The translations under genes and the position numbers were made by a program. The notes beneath the pieces were generated by a model. That model was not told the origin of the DNA. It was given only the letters and a program-made list of their open reading frames with translations, and did no database searches. A stretch of 64,000 nt of DNA from an uncultured Clostridia bacterium (GTDB taxonomy: Bacteria; Bacillota; Clostridia; Christensenellales; Borkfalkiaceae): assembly GCA_947090365.1 (NCBI GenBank), contig CAMUNT010000002.1, forward strand, positions 3,750-67,749, read 5' to 3'. Below are positions 29,997-38,976 of the stretch, one piece after another. How positions within the stretch are numbered: position 1 is the first letter of the stretch; the number at the start of each line of letters is the position of its first letter.

Positions 29997-30929
29997 TTAC
30001 GCCGTTAAATCAATTTCTTCGGAAATATCTTCCTGAATATTTTCTGCTATATCCTCTACTTTGCGCGGAAAATTTATCACGTAGTTTTCAGCGTTCAGGC
30101 TCATAACGATTAAAGCGATTTCTATAAATGCAAAACCTATAAGAATGCCAGCTATCAAATTAGTTATAACTAGCGTAACAAAAAGAAACGCGAATGAAAT
30201 CAGAAATATTAATGCATTGACCAAAAGCAGTTTAAATACGTTTTTGAAGTTGATTACTGATTTGAAATCTATTTCGTTTTTGCCATGTACGAGATATGCC
30301 GACACAAGCGCAGTGCAGGCAAATATTACGAGCGACGTTAATGAAGTTATAAATATACTCGGCGCCCAAAGCGTAAGCAACCAAAAGCATACAGCAACAA
30401 GCGTTGCCGTAATAAACGAGTCGACGAAAGACGCAAAAATAAATTTTTTGAGCGTACGCTTTGCCATATTCCTTCTGACGAGAAACCGCGTAAGAAAATA
30501 GCCTAAAATGATACCGAGAATGCAAAAAAATACGAACAACGCAAACAAAAGCTTAACACCGGTGACAGCACTGTCCACCGTTTCGCTTATCGCGTCTGCG
30601 TAAGGCTGCAGACCGCTTGAAACAGCGTTCAGGCTTGCGTTTAAAACTCCGCTGAGCCAATCACACGAAAACATTATTTGAAGCGAAGCTATCGGATCGT
30701 TCCAGTCAAGAGCCTTTACAGCATTAACAACGCTGTCCTTTACGGGAGTAAAATCGATGCTTGCGTCCTGCACTATTTCCGTAATTTTTTCAATCAGCGC
30801 AGAAAGTATGGCAAGCCCGCCGGGAATGAATATGGAAAGCCCCAAAAACACACCCGACGCAAGCGTACCTATCGGTGTGAAGAAGTGTTTTAAATTAATA
30901 AAATAATTTATTAAACCTGATCTTATCAT
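29997..30929 (-). CDS. Hypothetical integral membrane protein (310 aa)
   Basis: Long ORF with about 6 TM helices and an acidic C-terminus. No family recognised. Confidence 0.6.
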   Translation of the reverse strand: MIRSGLINYFINLKHFFTPIGTLASGVFLGLSIFIPGGLAILSALIEKITEIVQDASIDFTPVKDSVVNAVKALDWNDPIASLQIMFSCDWLSGVLNASLNAVSSGLQPYADAISETVDSAVTGVKLLFALFVFFCILGIILGYFLTRFLVRRNMAKRTLKKFIFASFVDSFITATLVAVCFWLLTLWAPSIFITSLTSLVIFACTALVSAYLVHGKNEIDFKSVINFKNVFKLLLVNALIFLISFAFLFVTLVITNLIAGILIGFAFIEIALIVMSLNAENYVINFPRKVEDIAENIQEDISEEIDLTA

Positions 30930-30940
30930 AAATTAAAGGT

Positions 30941-30970
30941 AAGCGACGCACGAAGCTGCGCGTCGCTTTT
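30941..30970 (-). terminator. Hairpin downstream of pnp
   Basis: AAGCGACGC...GCGTCGCTT GC-rich stem. Confidence 0.6.
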
Positions 30971-30972
30971 GA

Positions 30973-33069
30973 TTAGTTGAGTTTTTCCAGGAGTTTAAGA
31001 TCGATACCCTTATCGCCGATTTTTATTATCTCGACTTTTACTGTATCTCCTATTTTAACGACGTCCTCCACCTTGTCGACTCGCTTGTCCGAAAGCTTGG
31101 AAATATGAATCATTCCGTCCTTACCGGGAGCAAATTCCACGAAAGCGCCGAAGTTCATAATTCTAACAACGGTTCCCACGAACATATCGCCGACTTCGGG
31201 GTCGTGAGCTATACTCATAATGATAGCCTTTGCTTTTTCGGCGTTTTCGATAGGACCGACGGTAGATACGTAACCTCTGCCGCTGTCGTCGCTGTTAAAT
31301 TCGATTTCGGTTCCCGTTTCTTCCATAATCTTCTTGATTACGCAACCCTGTTTACCGATAACATCGCCGATTTTGTCGGGATTGATTTCAAAGAACAAAA
31401 TCTTGGGCGCATATTTGGAAAGCGAAGGCGCAACTTCGGGAACGATTTCAAGCATTTTCGAAAGAATGAACTGTCTTCCCTCGTTTGCCTGATTTATCGC
31501 GGTATGCATAATCTCTTCGGAAATACCCTTTATTTTAATATCCATCTGAATTGCGGTAATGCCGTTTACGGTTCCCGCAACCTTAAAGTCCATATCACCC
31601 AGGAAATCTTCAAGCCCCTGAATGTCGGTTAATACCTTGAATTCTCCCGTTTCCTGATTTTTGATAAGCCCCATAGCAACGCCCGCAACGGGAGCTTTAA
31701 TGGGAACGCCTGCATCCATAAGAGCCATTGTTGAACCGCAGACGGAAGCCATTGACGACGAACCGTTCGACGACATAATATCGTTTACAACTCTTATTGC
31801 GTAAGGGAATGAATTTTCGTCTGGAAGTACGGGAATTAACGCACGCTCCGCAAGTGCACCGTGTCCGATTTCGCGTCTGCCGGGTGAACGAAGCGCTTTT
31901 GCTTCGCCCGTGCAGTAACCGGGGAAGTTATAATGGTGCATATACCTCTTACTCGTTTCCTCGTCAAGACCTTCTAATTTTTGCGCATCCGTAAGCATAC
32001 CGAGCGTACAGGAAGTAAGGGTCTGAGTCTGTCCGCGTGTGAATACGGCCGAACCGTGTACGCGGGGAAGAACCCCCCTTTCACACCAGATAGGGCGAAC
32101 GTCTTTAAGTCCTCTTCCGTCGGGACGAATGCCCTTATCGAATATCTTAGCACGAACCTTTTCCTTTGTAAGGTAATAAACGCTGTCCTTTATTTCGCGT
32201 GTGTTATCGGGATAAATATCGGCAAAATGTGCAAGAATATCGGCTTCCGCCTCAGCCTGCCTTACCTCTCTTTCCTGTCTGTTGAAAGTTTCGATTGCCC
32301 AATCAATTTTCTTGTCTGCGTAGTCGCGAACGGCTTTGTCAAGCTCTTCGGGAACGTGATAAAGCTCTATCTCTCTCTTGGGTTTACCGACTGCGGGAAC
32401 TATTTTTTCTTCGATAAATACGCAAATTTTCTTGATTTCTTCGAAACCGAAAGTAATTGCTCCCACCATTTCGTCGTTGGTAACTTCGTCCGCACCCGCT
32501 TCAATCATAAGGATAGCGTCCTTGGTTCCTGCAAGATTTAAGTGTATTTTACTATTTTCACGCTGAGCAAGGTCGGGGTTGATAACGTACTTGCCGTCAA
32601 CGAGTCCGACCACCACCGAACCGGTGGGGCCTGCCCAGGGAATATCGGAAATTGCAAGCGCTATTGACGAGCCTATCATTGCAAGGGGTTCGGGTGAAAC
32701 GTCGGGCTCAACCGAAATTGCCTGCGCAATAACTACCACGTCATTGAAAAGTCCCTTAGGGAACAGAGGACGCAGAGGCCTATCGATAAGCCTCGAAGTT
32801 AAAATTGCCTTATCGCTCGCCCTGCCCTCGCGCTTTTTAAACCCGCCGGGAATTTTACCGATTGAATACATTTTCTCTTCATAATCAACTTGAAGAGGGA
32901 AAAAGTCCATCCCCTCGCGCGGTGACGCCGACATACATACCGACACCATTACCGCGGTTTCGCCACAACGAACCAGGCATGCGCCGTTAGCCTGTTCGGC
33001 ATACTTGCCCGTTTCAACGACGACTTCGCGTCCGCCTACCGTAAAGCTGAATTGTTTGTAATTTGTCAT
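30973..33069 (-). CDS. pnp: Polyribonucleotide nucleotidyltransferase (PNPase)
   Basis: Two RNase PH domains plus KH and S1 (GTVVRIMNFGAFVEF). 698 aa. Confidence 0.98.
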   Translation of the reverse strand: MTNYKQFSFTVGGREVVVETGKYAEQANGACLVRCGETAVMVSVCMSASPREGMDFFPLQVDYEEKMYSIGKIPGGFKKREGRASDKAILTSRLIDRPLRPLFPKGLFNDVVVIAQAISVEPDVSPEPLAMIGSSIALAISDIPWAGPTGSVVVGLVDGKYVINPDLAQRENSKIHLNLAGTKDAILMIEAGADEVTNDEMVGAITFGFEEIKKICVFIEEKIVPAVGKPKREIELYHVPEELDKAVRDYADKKIDWAIETFNRQEREVRQAEAEADILAHFADIYPDNTREIKDSVYYLTKEKVRAKIFDKGIRPDGRGLKDVRPIWCERGVLPRVHGSAVFTRGQTQTLTSCTLGMLTDAQKLEGLDEETSKRYMHHYNFPGYCTGEAKALRSPGRREIGHGALAERALIPVLPDENSFPYAIRVVNDIMSSNGSSSMASVCGSTMALMDAGVPIKAPVAGVAMGLIKNQETGEFKVLTDIQGLEDFLGDMDFKVAGTVNGITAIQMDIKIKGISEEIMHTAINQANEGRQFILSKMLEIVPEVAPSLSKYAPKILFFEINPDKIGDVIGKQGCVIKKIMEETGTEIEFNSDDSGRGYVSTVGPIENAEKAKAIIMSIAHDPEVGDMFVGTVVRIMNFGAFVEFAPGKDGMIHISKLSDKRVDKVEDVVKIGDTVKVEIIKIGDKGIDLKLLEKLN

Positions 33070-33166
33070 TTTTTACTCCTTTCCTGTCTGTTCTTGTGCC
33101 TGCAACGCCCGTTACAGACGGTTTAATTATTAAAAAAGAGCGAGATACACCCCGCCCTTTTTAAAT

Positions 33167-33421
33167 TTACTTTCTCAAATTCAAAGCAGCAATAATAGCA
33201 CGATATCTTTCAATATCTTTGCTCTTTAAATAGTCCAAAAGTCCGCGACGGCGACCTACCATTTTAAGAAGTCCGCGACGCGAATGATTGTCGTGAATAT
33301 GCTCTTTAAGATGCTCGTTCAAGTGATTAATTCTTTCGGTTAAAAGAGCAATCTGAACTTCGGGTGAACCGGTGTCGCCTTCCTTTAAAGCATATTTTGC
33401 AATGATTTCTGCCTTTTCCAT
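33167..33421 (-). CDS. rpsO: 30S ribosomal protein S15
   Basis: [27 protein letters not shown]...[19 protein letters not shown]. Confidence 0.97.
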   Translation of the reverse strand: MEKAEIIAKYALKEGDTGSPEVQIALLTERINHLNEHLKEHIHDNHSRRGLLKMVGRRRGLLDYLKSKDIERYRAIIAALNLRK

Positions 33422-33532
33422 TTAATTTATCCTCCTATGGAATATTTGCGGGAACAAAGCAAGCCGTTGAGTCCTCGAACCGCTTTGTATCCGTAACGGA
33501 AATATAATACCATACTTGTATAAAAATAGCAA
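33422..33532 (-). promoter_or_regulatory. rpsO promoter and ~75-nt structured 5' leader (possible S15 autoregulatory element)
   Basis: Minus strand TTGCTA (33532-33527), 17 nt, TG-g-TATTAT (33509-33504). The leader contains ACAAAGC...GCTTTGT and CCG-tta-CGG helices just upstream of the SD. Confidence 0.45.
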
Positions 33533-33632
33533 ACGATTTGCACATACTTAACAAATTTTATTTAACGGAGAATTTTTAAACTGACAGAATTTACTTGTTG
33601 CGTTTTTTATTAATTTGATATATACTAAAAAC

Positions 33633-33818
33633 AGGGTCTGCAGTGTTCGTGGTATGAGAAATGCGTAATCCACAAAGTAATTTACGGGAGTGAGCCGTTC
33701 GTGAAAATAGGCAAGGTCTGTTTAACGGAAAGTCTGACGTTTCACCTCGCCACACCCACCTGCGAGAAGCGGGTTAATACTTTTTCATATCACGGCACAG
33801 GCGGATTCTTATTTTTTT
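33633..33818 (+). ncRNA. ssrS: ~185-nt rod-shaped small RNA, probably 6S RNA
   Basis: Promoter TTGCGT (33598-33603), 17 nt, TATACT (33621-33626). The 5' end (33634-33661) pairs with the 3' end (33781-33808) over 26 bp, 7 of them G-U and therefore plus-strand-specific. Next comes a large asymmetric internal loop, then an inner helix (GGGAGUG/CACACCC, GUGAAA/UUUCAC). A U-run at 33812-33818 follows. The loop strands (AUCCACAAAGUAAU; GCGGGUUAAUAC) resemble the E. coli 6S central bubble as I remember it. Confidence 0.55.
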
Positions 33819-33880
33819 GCAATTCCCGCACCGGAAAAGCCGACAGAAAAAGGTGCGTAAAAAAAGAAGAGCCGAAACAA
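33809..33880 (-). CDS. Candidate 23-aa hydrophobic peptide (MFRLFFFYAPFSVGFSGAGIAKK), TTG start
   Basis: GGAGG lies 6 nt upstream of the TTG, and a consensus promoter lies 63 nt upstream. The stop codon overlaps the 3' U-run of the plus-strand RNA. Not in the ORF track because it is under 60 aa. Confidence 0.35.
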   Translation of the reverse strand: MFRLFFFYAPFSVGFSGAGIAKK

Positions 33881-33895
33881 TCGACTCCTCCCCTT
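33861..33895 (-). promoter_or_regulatory. SD-sequestering hairpin around the micro-ORF start
   Basis: AAGGGGAGGAGUCG pairs with CGGCUCUUCUUUUU (14 bp: 9 Watson-Crick + 5 G-U, so minus-strand-specific). The 7-nt loop AUUGUUU holds the TTG start. Confidence 0.45.
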
Positions 33896-33950
33896 ATCTA
33901 TTATTATGTAGCTTTTCCGCCACGAGTAATAGCAATATTAATTTTGTTAT

Positions 33951-33979
33951 AATATATCATTAATTGTTAATTTTGTCAA
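33951..33979 (-). promoter_or_regulatory. Near-consensus sigma-A promoter pointing toward the micro-ORF and the antisense of the 6S-like RNA
   Basis: TTGACA (33979-33974), 17 nt, TG-a-TATATT (33956-33951). Confidence 0.55.
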
Positions 33980-34004
33980 CGTATTTACGCAGTAAAACCA
34001 AAAT

Positions 34005-34706
34005 TTATTCTTTATATAAAAATCTGTGACAGTTTTCGCACTCGGTAACCTCGCCTTGTGCGATTTTTTCTTTCCCGGCAATCGACAGCTCCATTCCGCA
34101 TTTTGAACATCGGTCTCCCGCGACCGCGCAGATTATGGGAAAAATGCGCTCGCTCCGCTTATTTTCATAGCGCTTGAAGACTTCCGTCGGAATATCCTTC
34201 GCAAGCTTTTCAAGCTCCTTTTTTATAGCCTCCATTTCTGCAAGTTTATTTGTCTTATACTCCTTATAAACGGCAGTAAATTCGGCATATTGCTTCTGAA
34301 CGGCAATAGTCTTCTTTTTCAGAGCCTTGTACTCTTCGTCGGCATTCTTTATAGTCTTTGAAAGCGCGTTTATTTCCGCCTTTAATGACTTCAATTTTTC
34401 TTGCAGCTGAGTTGCGTTTTTCTTATAGAATGCAATATCCGCGCCTTCGCCCACCAAATCGTCGAGATTTTCAAATTCTTTAAGCGTTTCGGCTATTTCC
34501 TCATACTTCTTGCTTATTTTCTGCAAATCAGTCTCGATTTCACGTGCCTTTGCGTCCATAGCTTCAAGCTTTTCGGGCGCTTTGTTAAGAAAGCTTTTAC
34601 TCTGCGAATAATTTTTATATTCTTCAGAGCTTACCGCTTCGCGCTCGATTTTAAGAAGCTTCGAATCCTCTTCCTGATATTTAAGTAACTGTTCAATCTG
34701 CGTCAT
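34005..34706 (-). CDS. Coiled-coil protein with C4 zinc ribbon (COG1579/DUF164 family)
   Basis: Long heptad-rich region and C-terminal CSKCGM...CENC. Conserved partner downstream of Nif3-family genes. Confidence 0.8.
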   Translation of the reverse strand: MTQIEQLLKYQEEDSKLLKIEREAVSSEEYKNYSQSKSFLNKAPEKLEAMDAKAREIETDLQKISKKYEEIAETLKEFENLDDLVGEGADIAFYKKNATQLQEKLKSLKAEINALSKTIKNADEEYKALKKKTIAVQKQYAEFTAVYKEYKTNKLAEMEAIKKELEKLAKDIPTEVFKRYENKRSERIFPIICAVAGDRCSKCGMELSIAGKEKIAQGEVTECENCHRFLYKE

Positions 34707-34723
34707 AATAACTCCTTTACCTT

Positions 34724-35491
34724 TTAAAGCAAATCCTTATCGGCAAAAAATGCCGTAGGAATTGAAAAATCAGTTGATATTTTTGTATATATTTTATTGA
34801 AACCGTAATTTTCCGCCGAATAATGCGTCAGATGAATTACGTTTATTCCCATTCCCAAAAGTCCCGCTATTTCGTGGTGCTTCATATCGGAAGATACGAA
34901 AACGTCTGCCCCGCGCGATTTTGCAAACGCTATTGCGTTATTATCACATCCCGCACCGCAAAATGAAGCGATTTTCTTAACCTGCCTGTCTGCGCCGTAG
35001 AACAGCGCGCGCTCGGTATTGAAGTTCGTACGCACTGACTTTTCAAGTTCGCTGAACTTTATAGCGTTCACGCTGTAAACTCTTCCGTATCCGCCGTCGG
35101 GAATATCCGCAAGAATTTCCGCTTTTTCGCCACCCAGCCCGCGCATTAAATAATAATCTATACCCGCAGGTGCAGAGTCGAAATTAAGATGCATTGAAAT
35201 GACCGAAATTCCCGAACGCAAACAAGTCCCTATCGTATCATCGGCCGATATTCGCGAAATTCCGCCGTAAATTGCAGGATGATGCGTAACTATAAGGTTA
35301 AACCCGCGTTTTTTTGCCTCCTCAATCGCTTTAAACGATAAATCAAGCGAAAAAAGCGCACCCGTTATTTCTTGCTTGCAGTCAATTATAATACCGCTAT
35401 TGTCGTACATCTTGTATTTCCTGCAAAACTCGTCGGAAAGTGCAATCGGTGCAACCTCTTCAAGCTTATCTAATATTTCTTCCAGCTTCAC
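34724..35491 (-). CDS. Nif3-like dinuclear metal center protein (GTP cyclohydrolase 1 type 2 homolog)
   Basis: LIVTHHP and HLTHYSAE metal-ligand motifs. Synteny with trmK. Confidence 0.85.
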   Translation of the reverse strand: MKLEEILDKLEEVAPIALSDEFCRKYKMYDNSGIIIDCKQEITGALFSLDLSFKAIEEAKKRGFNLIVTHHPAIYGGISRISADDTIGTCLRSGISVISMHLNFDSAPAGIDYYLMRGLGGEKAEILADIPDGGYGRVYSVNAIKFSELEKSVRTNFNTERALFYGADRQVKKIASFCGAGCDNNAIAFAKSRGADVFVSSDMKHHEIAGLLGMGINVIHLTHYSAENYGFNKIYTKISTDFSIPTAFFADKDLL

Positions 35492-36125
35492 CTTTTAAAA
35501 CCTCTTCAATTTGTTTTATCTGACGCATCAAATCCCGACGGCTGTCAGCTGACATTTTATTTAATAAATAACTCTTCTTTTTTGCCAGTTCTTTGCTTAA
35601 ATATTCGTAAAAAACAGGATTATCCAGACTGTCTTTTCCGTAAAGCAACTGCTCTTTACCGTATTTCTGCGCCATACCCTTCATTCCCGAAATTATAAAA
35701 TAATACTTTTTTCCGTCAGTAAAAATATCGTCCGTTCCGATAAAGCAATCGTTTTCAAGCAAAAACTTACGCAAAGCGCCGGCATTTTTCATAGGCTGAA
35801 ACACGAACGACTTCGGTATAAATCCTTCGGAAAGAATTTTTATTATCTCTTCTCCTCCGATACCCGCAATTAAAACACAATCCACTTCACGTCCGATTTG
35901 TTTCAATCCGTCACAGCAGACGGCTCGGCATTTATTCGCCGATATGTAATCCGCAAGCAATATTTCGGCTTTTTTTAAACACTTCTCGCTTATATCGGAA
36001 ACTACTGCGCTATCGCACAGGCCGTTTTTCAGCATATACTTGGCAACGTAGCCGTGATCGCAGGCCACGTCCGCAAAAATTTTGCACCGAGGAAGATACG
36101 AACAGAGTTTACTAATTCTGTCCAT
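35466..36125 (-). CDS. trmK: tRNA (adenine22-N1)-methyltransferase TrmK
   Basis: DVACDHGY and IAGIGGE motifs. Located after rpoD as in Bacillus (yqfN). The start shares one nt with the rpoD stop (TGATG). Confidence 0.85.
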   Translation of the reverse strand: MDRISKLCSYLPRCKIFADVACDHGYVAKYMLKNGLCDSAVVSDISEKCLKKAEILLADYISANKCRAVCCDGLKQIGREVDCVLIAGIGGEEIIKILSEGFIPKSFVFQPMKNAGALRKFLLENDCFIGTDDIFTDGKKYYFIISGMKGMAQKYGKEQLLYGKDSLDNPVFYEYLSKELAKKKSYLLNKMSADSRRDLMRQIKQIEEVLKGEAGRNIR

Positions 36126-37183
36126 CAGGTATCGAGAAAATCGCGTAAATGCTTGGAACGCGAAGGATGACGAAGTTTTCTGAGTGCTTTTGCCTCAATC
36201 TGCCTGATACGCTCACGTGTAACGTTAAATTCGCGGCCCACCTCTTCCAGTGTCCTAGGCCTGCCGTCGTCGACGCCGTAGCGCAGTCTTAATACCTTTT
36301 CCTCGCGCGGAGTAAGGCTGTTTAATACCACTAAAAGAGTTTCTTTCAGCATAGTGGTAGAAACCCTGTCCGACGGAGTTTCGCTCGATTCGTCCTCAAC
36401 GAAATCGCCGAGATGACTGTCCTCTTCCTCGCCGATAGGGGTTTCCAAAGATACGGGATCCTGTGCAATCTTCTGTATTTCGCGCACACGCTCTTCGCTG
36501 ATATGCATTTCTTCGGCAATTTCGGCAGGAGTAGGTTCTCTGCCTAGCTTCTGCAACAGCACGCGGGAAACGCGCGTAAGCTTATTAATGGTTTCTACCA
36601 TGTGTACGGGGATACGAATAGTCCTTGCCTGATCAGCAATGGCGCGGGTAATTGCCTGTCTTATCCACCAAGTTGCATAGGTTGAGAATTTAAAGCCTTT
36701 TTGATAGTCGAACTTGTCCACTGCCTTCATAAGACCCAGATTTCCTTCCTGAATTAAGTCGAGGAAAAGCATACCTCTGCCGACGTATCTCTTTGCAATA
36801 GATACAACGAGGCGAAGGTTTGCCTCTGAAAGTTTTTTCTTTGCAGACTCGTCCCCCTCCTGTATTCTGCGGGCAAGCTCGATTTCATCATCGGTAGAAA
36901 GAAGCGGAACTCGGCCTATATCTTTAAGATACATTTTGACGGGATCGTCAAGTCCTATATCCAAAAGCGCCTGCTCGTACAGCTCCTTGTCACGCTCGGT
37001 TTCGTCGATTATCTGTATTCCCGATTCGGCAATAGATTTATAAACAAAGTCCATCTGCGTGGGCGTAGTTTCGTATTTTTCCATTATGTCGCAAAGTGCG
37101 TTTGTGGTAATACTGCCCTTCGTTCCGTAATTGTCGATAATCTGTTTTAAAATTTCATTCAGCTTCTGTTCGGATAAACTCAT
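36125..37183 (-). CDS. rpoD: Primary RNA polymerase sigma factor (SigA/RpoD)
   Basis: Regions 1.2-4.2 ([64 protein letters not shown]). Confidence 0.98.
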   Translation of the reverse strand: MSLSEQKLNEILKQIIDNYGTKGSITTNALCDIMEKYETTPTQMDFVYKSIAESGIQIIDETERDKELYEQALLDIGLDDPVKMYLKDIGRVPLLSTDDEIELARRIQEGDESAKKKLSEANLRLVVSIAKRYVGRGMLFLDLIQEGNLGLMKAVDKFDYQKGFKFSTYATWWIRQAITRAIADQARTIRIPVHMVETINKLTRVSRVLLQKLGREPTPAEIAEEMHISEERVREIQKIAQDPVSLETPIGEEEDSHLGDFVEDESSETPSDRVSTTMLKETLLVVLNSLTPREEKVLRLRYGVDDGRPRTLEEVGREFNVTRERIRQIEAKALRKLRHPSRSKHLRDFLDT

Positions 37184-38970
37184 TTTATATCTCCGCTCTT
37201 TAATTTCTTCTTTTGCCGGGTAAGCTCTAAAATATTTTTTAATATTTCATTCCTAAGTAAAACATCACTTTCATTGTTAGCCTGCGTCTGTAATGCGTCT
37301 ATTTTTTTATCCAAATCGTATATTTTCAGTTTTTTGATACAGTCGTAAAAGTAATCTTCGTTTACCTGTCCCGAAAGACGGCTTCCGTCGCTGAAATCGA
37401 GTATTCGGCACAGCTCTTCGTATTCGGGAGTATTTTCGTCGAAAAACTCAAACAGCTCGGCCGGCTGAATCCGCTCTTCAAGCAGTTTTTTCGATTTCAG
37501 ATAATTTGCGATAATGGAATGGACGTCGTTGCAGAACGGAATTTCAGAAATATCTCCTTCTGCATATTTCGCGCCGAAAAGATAAGCCGAAACCACGAAA
37601 CGGGAAGCTTTGACTGTAACCGAGGAGCTGTCCTTGCGCACAGTTTCGCTTTTGGGAACGGCGGTCTCCTTTACGGGTGCAGACCGCAAATCGCGGCTTA
37701 AAGATTCATACGTTATTCCTGTCTTGTCGCGCAGTTTCTTTAACAGTTCTTCCTGTTCGGATGCGCTTTCCGACGTTTTGACTATTTTTATAGCTTCGAT
37801 AACGAATTTGCGCTTTTCATCGGCACGAGACATATCGAAGTTTTTTTCAAGTACGGAAAGTTTATAATCAATAAACGGCATAGCCGAATTCAGACACTGC
37901 CTATAACCGTCTGTTCCCCGTTGCTTTATCACGTCGTCGGGATCAAGTCCTTCCGGAAGAGGCACGACTTTAACGTTGATTCCCTCGTCTTTGAGAATTT
38001 CAAGACCGCGCATATTCGCTTTTTGCCCTGCGCCGTCGCCGTCATAGCTTATAAGTACGGAATCGGCATAACGCTTCAAAAGCCTTGCCTGCTCCTGCGT
38101 GAGTGAAGTACCCATACTTGCTACTACGTTTTTAAACCCGGCCTGATACAGCGAAAGAGTATCCATATACCCTTCAACCATAATCACTTCTTTTATAGTT
38201 TGAGTTTTTCTCAACTTTTTTAAAAGATTAATATTATAAAGAGTTTTGCTCTTATTGAAAAGAACGGTTTCCTTGGTATTTTTATACTTTGCAAAATCGG
38301 TCTTTTTAAGTACCCTTCCGCCGAACGCCACAACCTCGTCCATTGCATTGATGACGGGGAATATAAGTCTTCCTCCCTGCGCATCGATAAGTCTGCCGTC
38401 TACTTCGTTGACTGTTCCGCTGTCAATAATATCCTGTTTAGAATAGCCCTTCGACAGCAGAAATTTAGGCAAATCGTTAAAATTCAGACTTGCACCGAGA
38501 CCGAACGTCCGGACTATATTCGACGGTATCTGCCGCTTTAAAATGTATTCCACGTGCGCGTCGGCTTTACCCGAATTAAGATTATTTAGGTAAAAGTGCG
38601 CGCAATCGTTCATTATTTTAAGAAGCGCGTCGCGCTTTCTTTTAAGCTCTGCAGTTTTCTGATTATCAAACCCCGTCTGAGGCATCTGCAGACCTGCACG
38701 CTCGGAAAGCAGTTTTACGGCGTCCATAAAATCTATGTTTTCCATTTCGCGGACGAATTTGATCACGTCGCCCGACTCACCGCACCCGAAACAATGATAG
38801 TACTGATCTGTTTCATTTATGGCAAAGGAGGGCGTTTTTTCGTGGTGAAACGGACAGCAAGCCCAATAGCTTCCGCCCCGTCTGTCCAAAGTGACGTAAC
38901 TGCCCGCAACATCTACAATATTTAGTTTTTCCTTTAAAGTTATCAAAAACTCTTGCAGTGCAGTTGCCAT
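37180..38970 (-). CDS. dnaG: DNA primase
   Basis: Zinc finger [11 protein letters not shown]...YHCFGCG and TOPRIM EGYMD...DGDGAG. ATGA overlap with rpoD. Confidence 0.97.
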   Translation of the reverse strand: MATALQEFLITLKEKLNIVDVAGSYVTLDRRGGSYWACCPFHHEKTPSFAINETDQYYHCFGCGESGDVIKFVREMENIDFMDAVKLLSERAGLQMPQTGFDNQKTAELKRKRDALLKIMNDCAHFYLNNLNSGKADAHVEYILKRQIPSNIVRTFGLGASLNFNDLPKFLLSKGYSKQDIIDSGTVNEVDGRLIDAQGGRLIFPVINAMDEVVAFGGRVLKKTDFAKYKNTKETVLFNKSKTLYNINLLKKLRKTQTIKEVIMVEGYMDTLSLYQAGFKNVVASMGTSLTQEQARLLKRYADSVLISYDGDGAGQKANMRGLEILKDEGINVKVVPLPEGLDPDDVIKQRGTDGYRQCLNSAMPFIDYKLSVLEKNFDMSRADEKRKFVIEAIKIVKTSESASEQEELLKKLRDKTGITYESLSRDLRSAPVKETAVPKSETVRKDSSSVTVKASRFVVSAYLFGAKYAEGDISEIPFCNDVHSIIANYLKSKKLLEERIQPAELFEFFDENTPEYEELCRILDFSDGSRLSGQVNEDYFYDCIKKLKIYDLDKKIDALQTQANNESDVLLRNEILKNILELTRQKKKLKSGDIK

Positions 38971-38976
38971 AAATAT

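Noticed and set aside
31105-32884. Plus-strand ORFs of 175, 65, 186, 62 and 101 aa inside pnp
   Set aside because: Antisense shadow ORFs within an unambiguous PNPase gene. Low-complexity, stop-poor frames typical of the opposite strand.
33701-33952. 83-aa plus-strand ORF in the track (GTG start)
   Set aside because: It starts inside the highly base-paired 6S-like RNA, runs through its U-run terminator, has no SD, and its sequence looks like noise (MKIGKVCLTESLTFHLATPTCEKRV...).
33945-33953. Plus-strand TGtTATAAT extended -10 element
   Set aside because: It is the mirror of the AT-rich minus-strand promoter region. It has no -35 box and would only transcribe antisense into the zinc-ribbon gene. 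Probably coincidental.
33430-34004. RNase P RNA, tmRNA, SRP RNA, OLE, T-box or riboswitch as explanations for the large intergenic region
   Set aside because: COG1579/Nif3 loci neighbour rnpB in some phyla, so I checked both strands. No GAGGAAAGUCC / ACAGAA..GGCUUA P4 elements. No tRNA-like 3' end or tag ORF. No SRP GGAA tetraloop motif. The structured part is only ~185 nt (OLE is ~600, RNase P ~400). No downstream gene sits on the plus strand for a cis-regulator.
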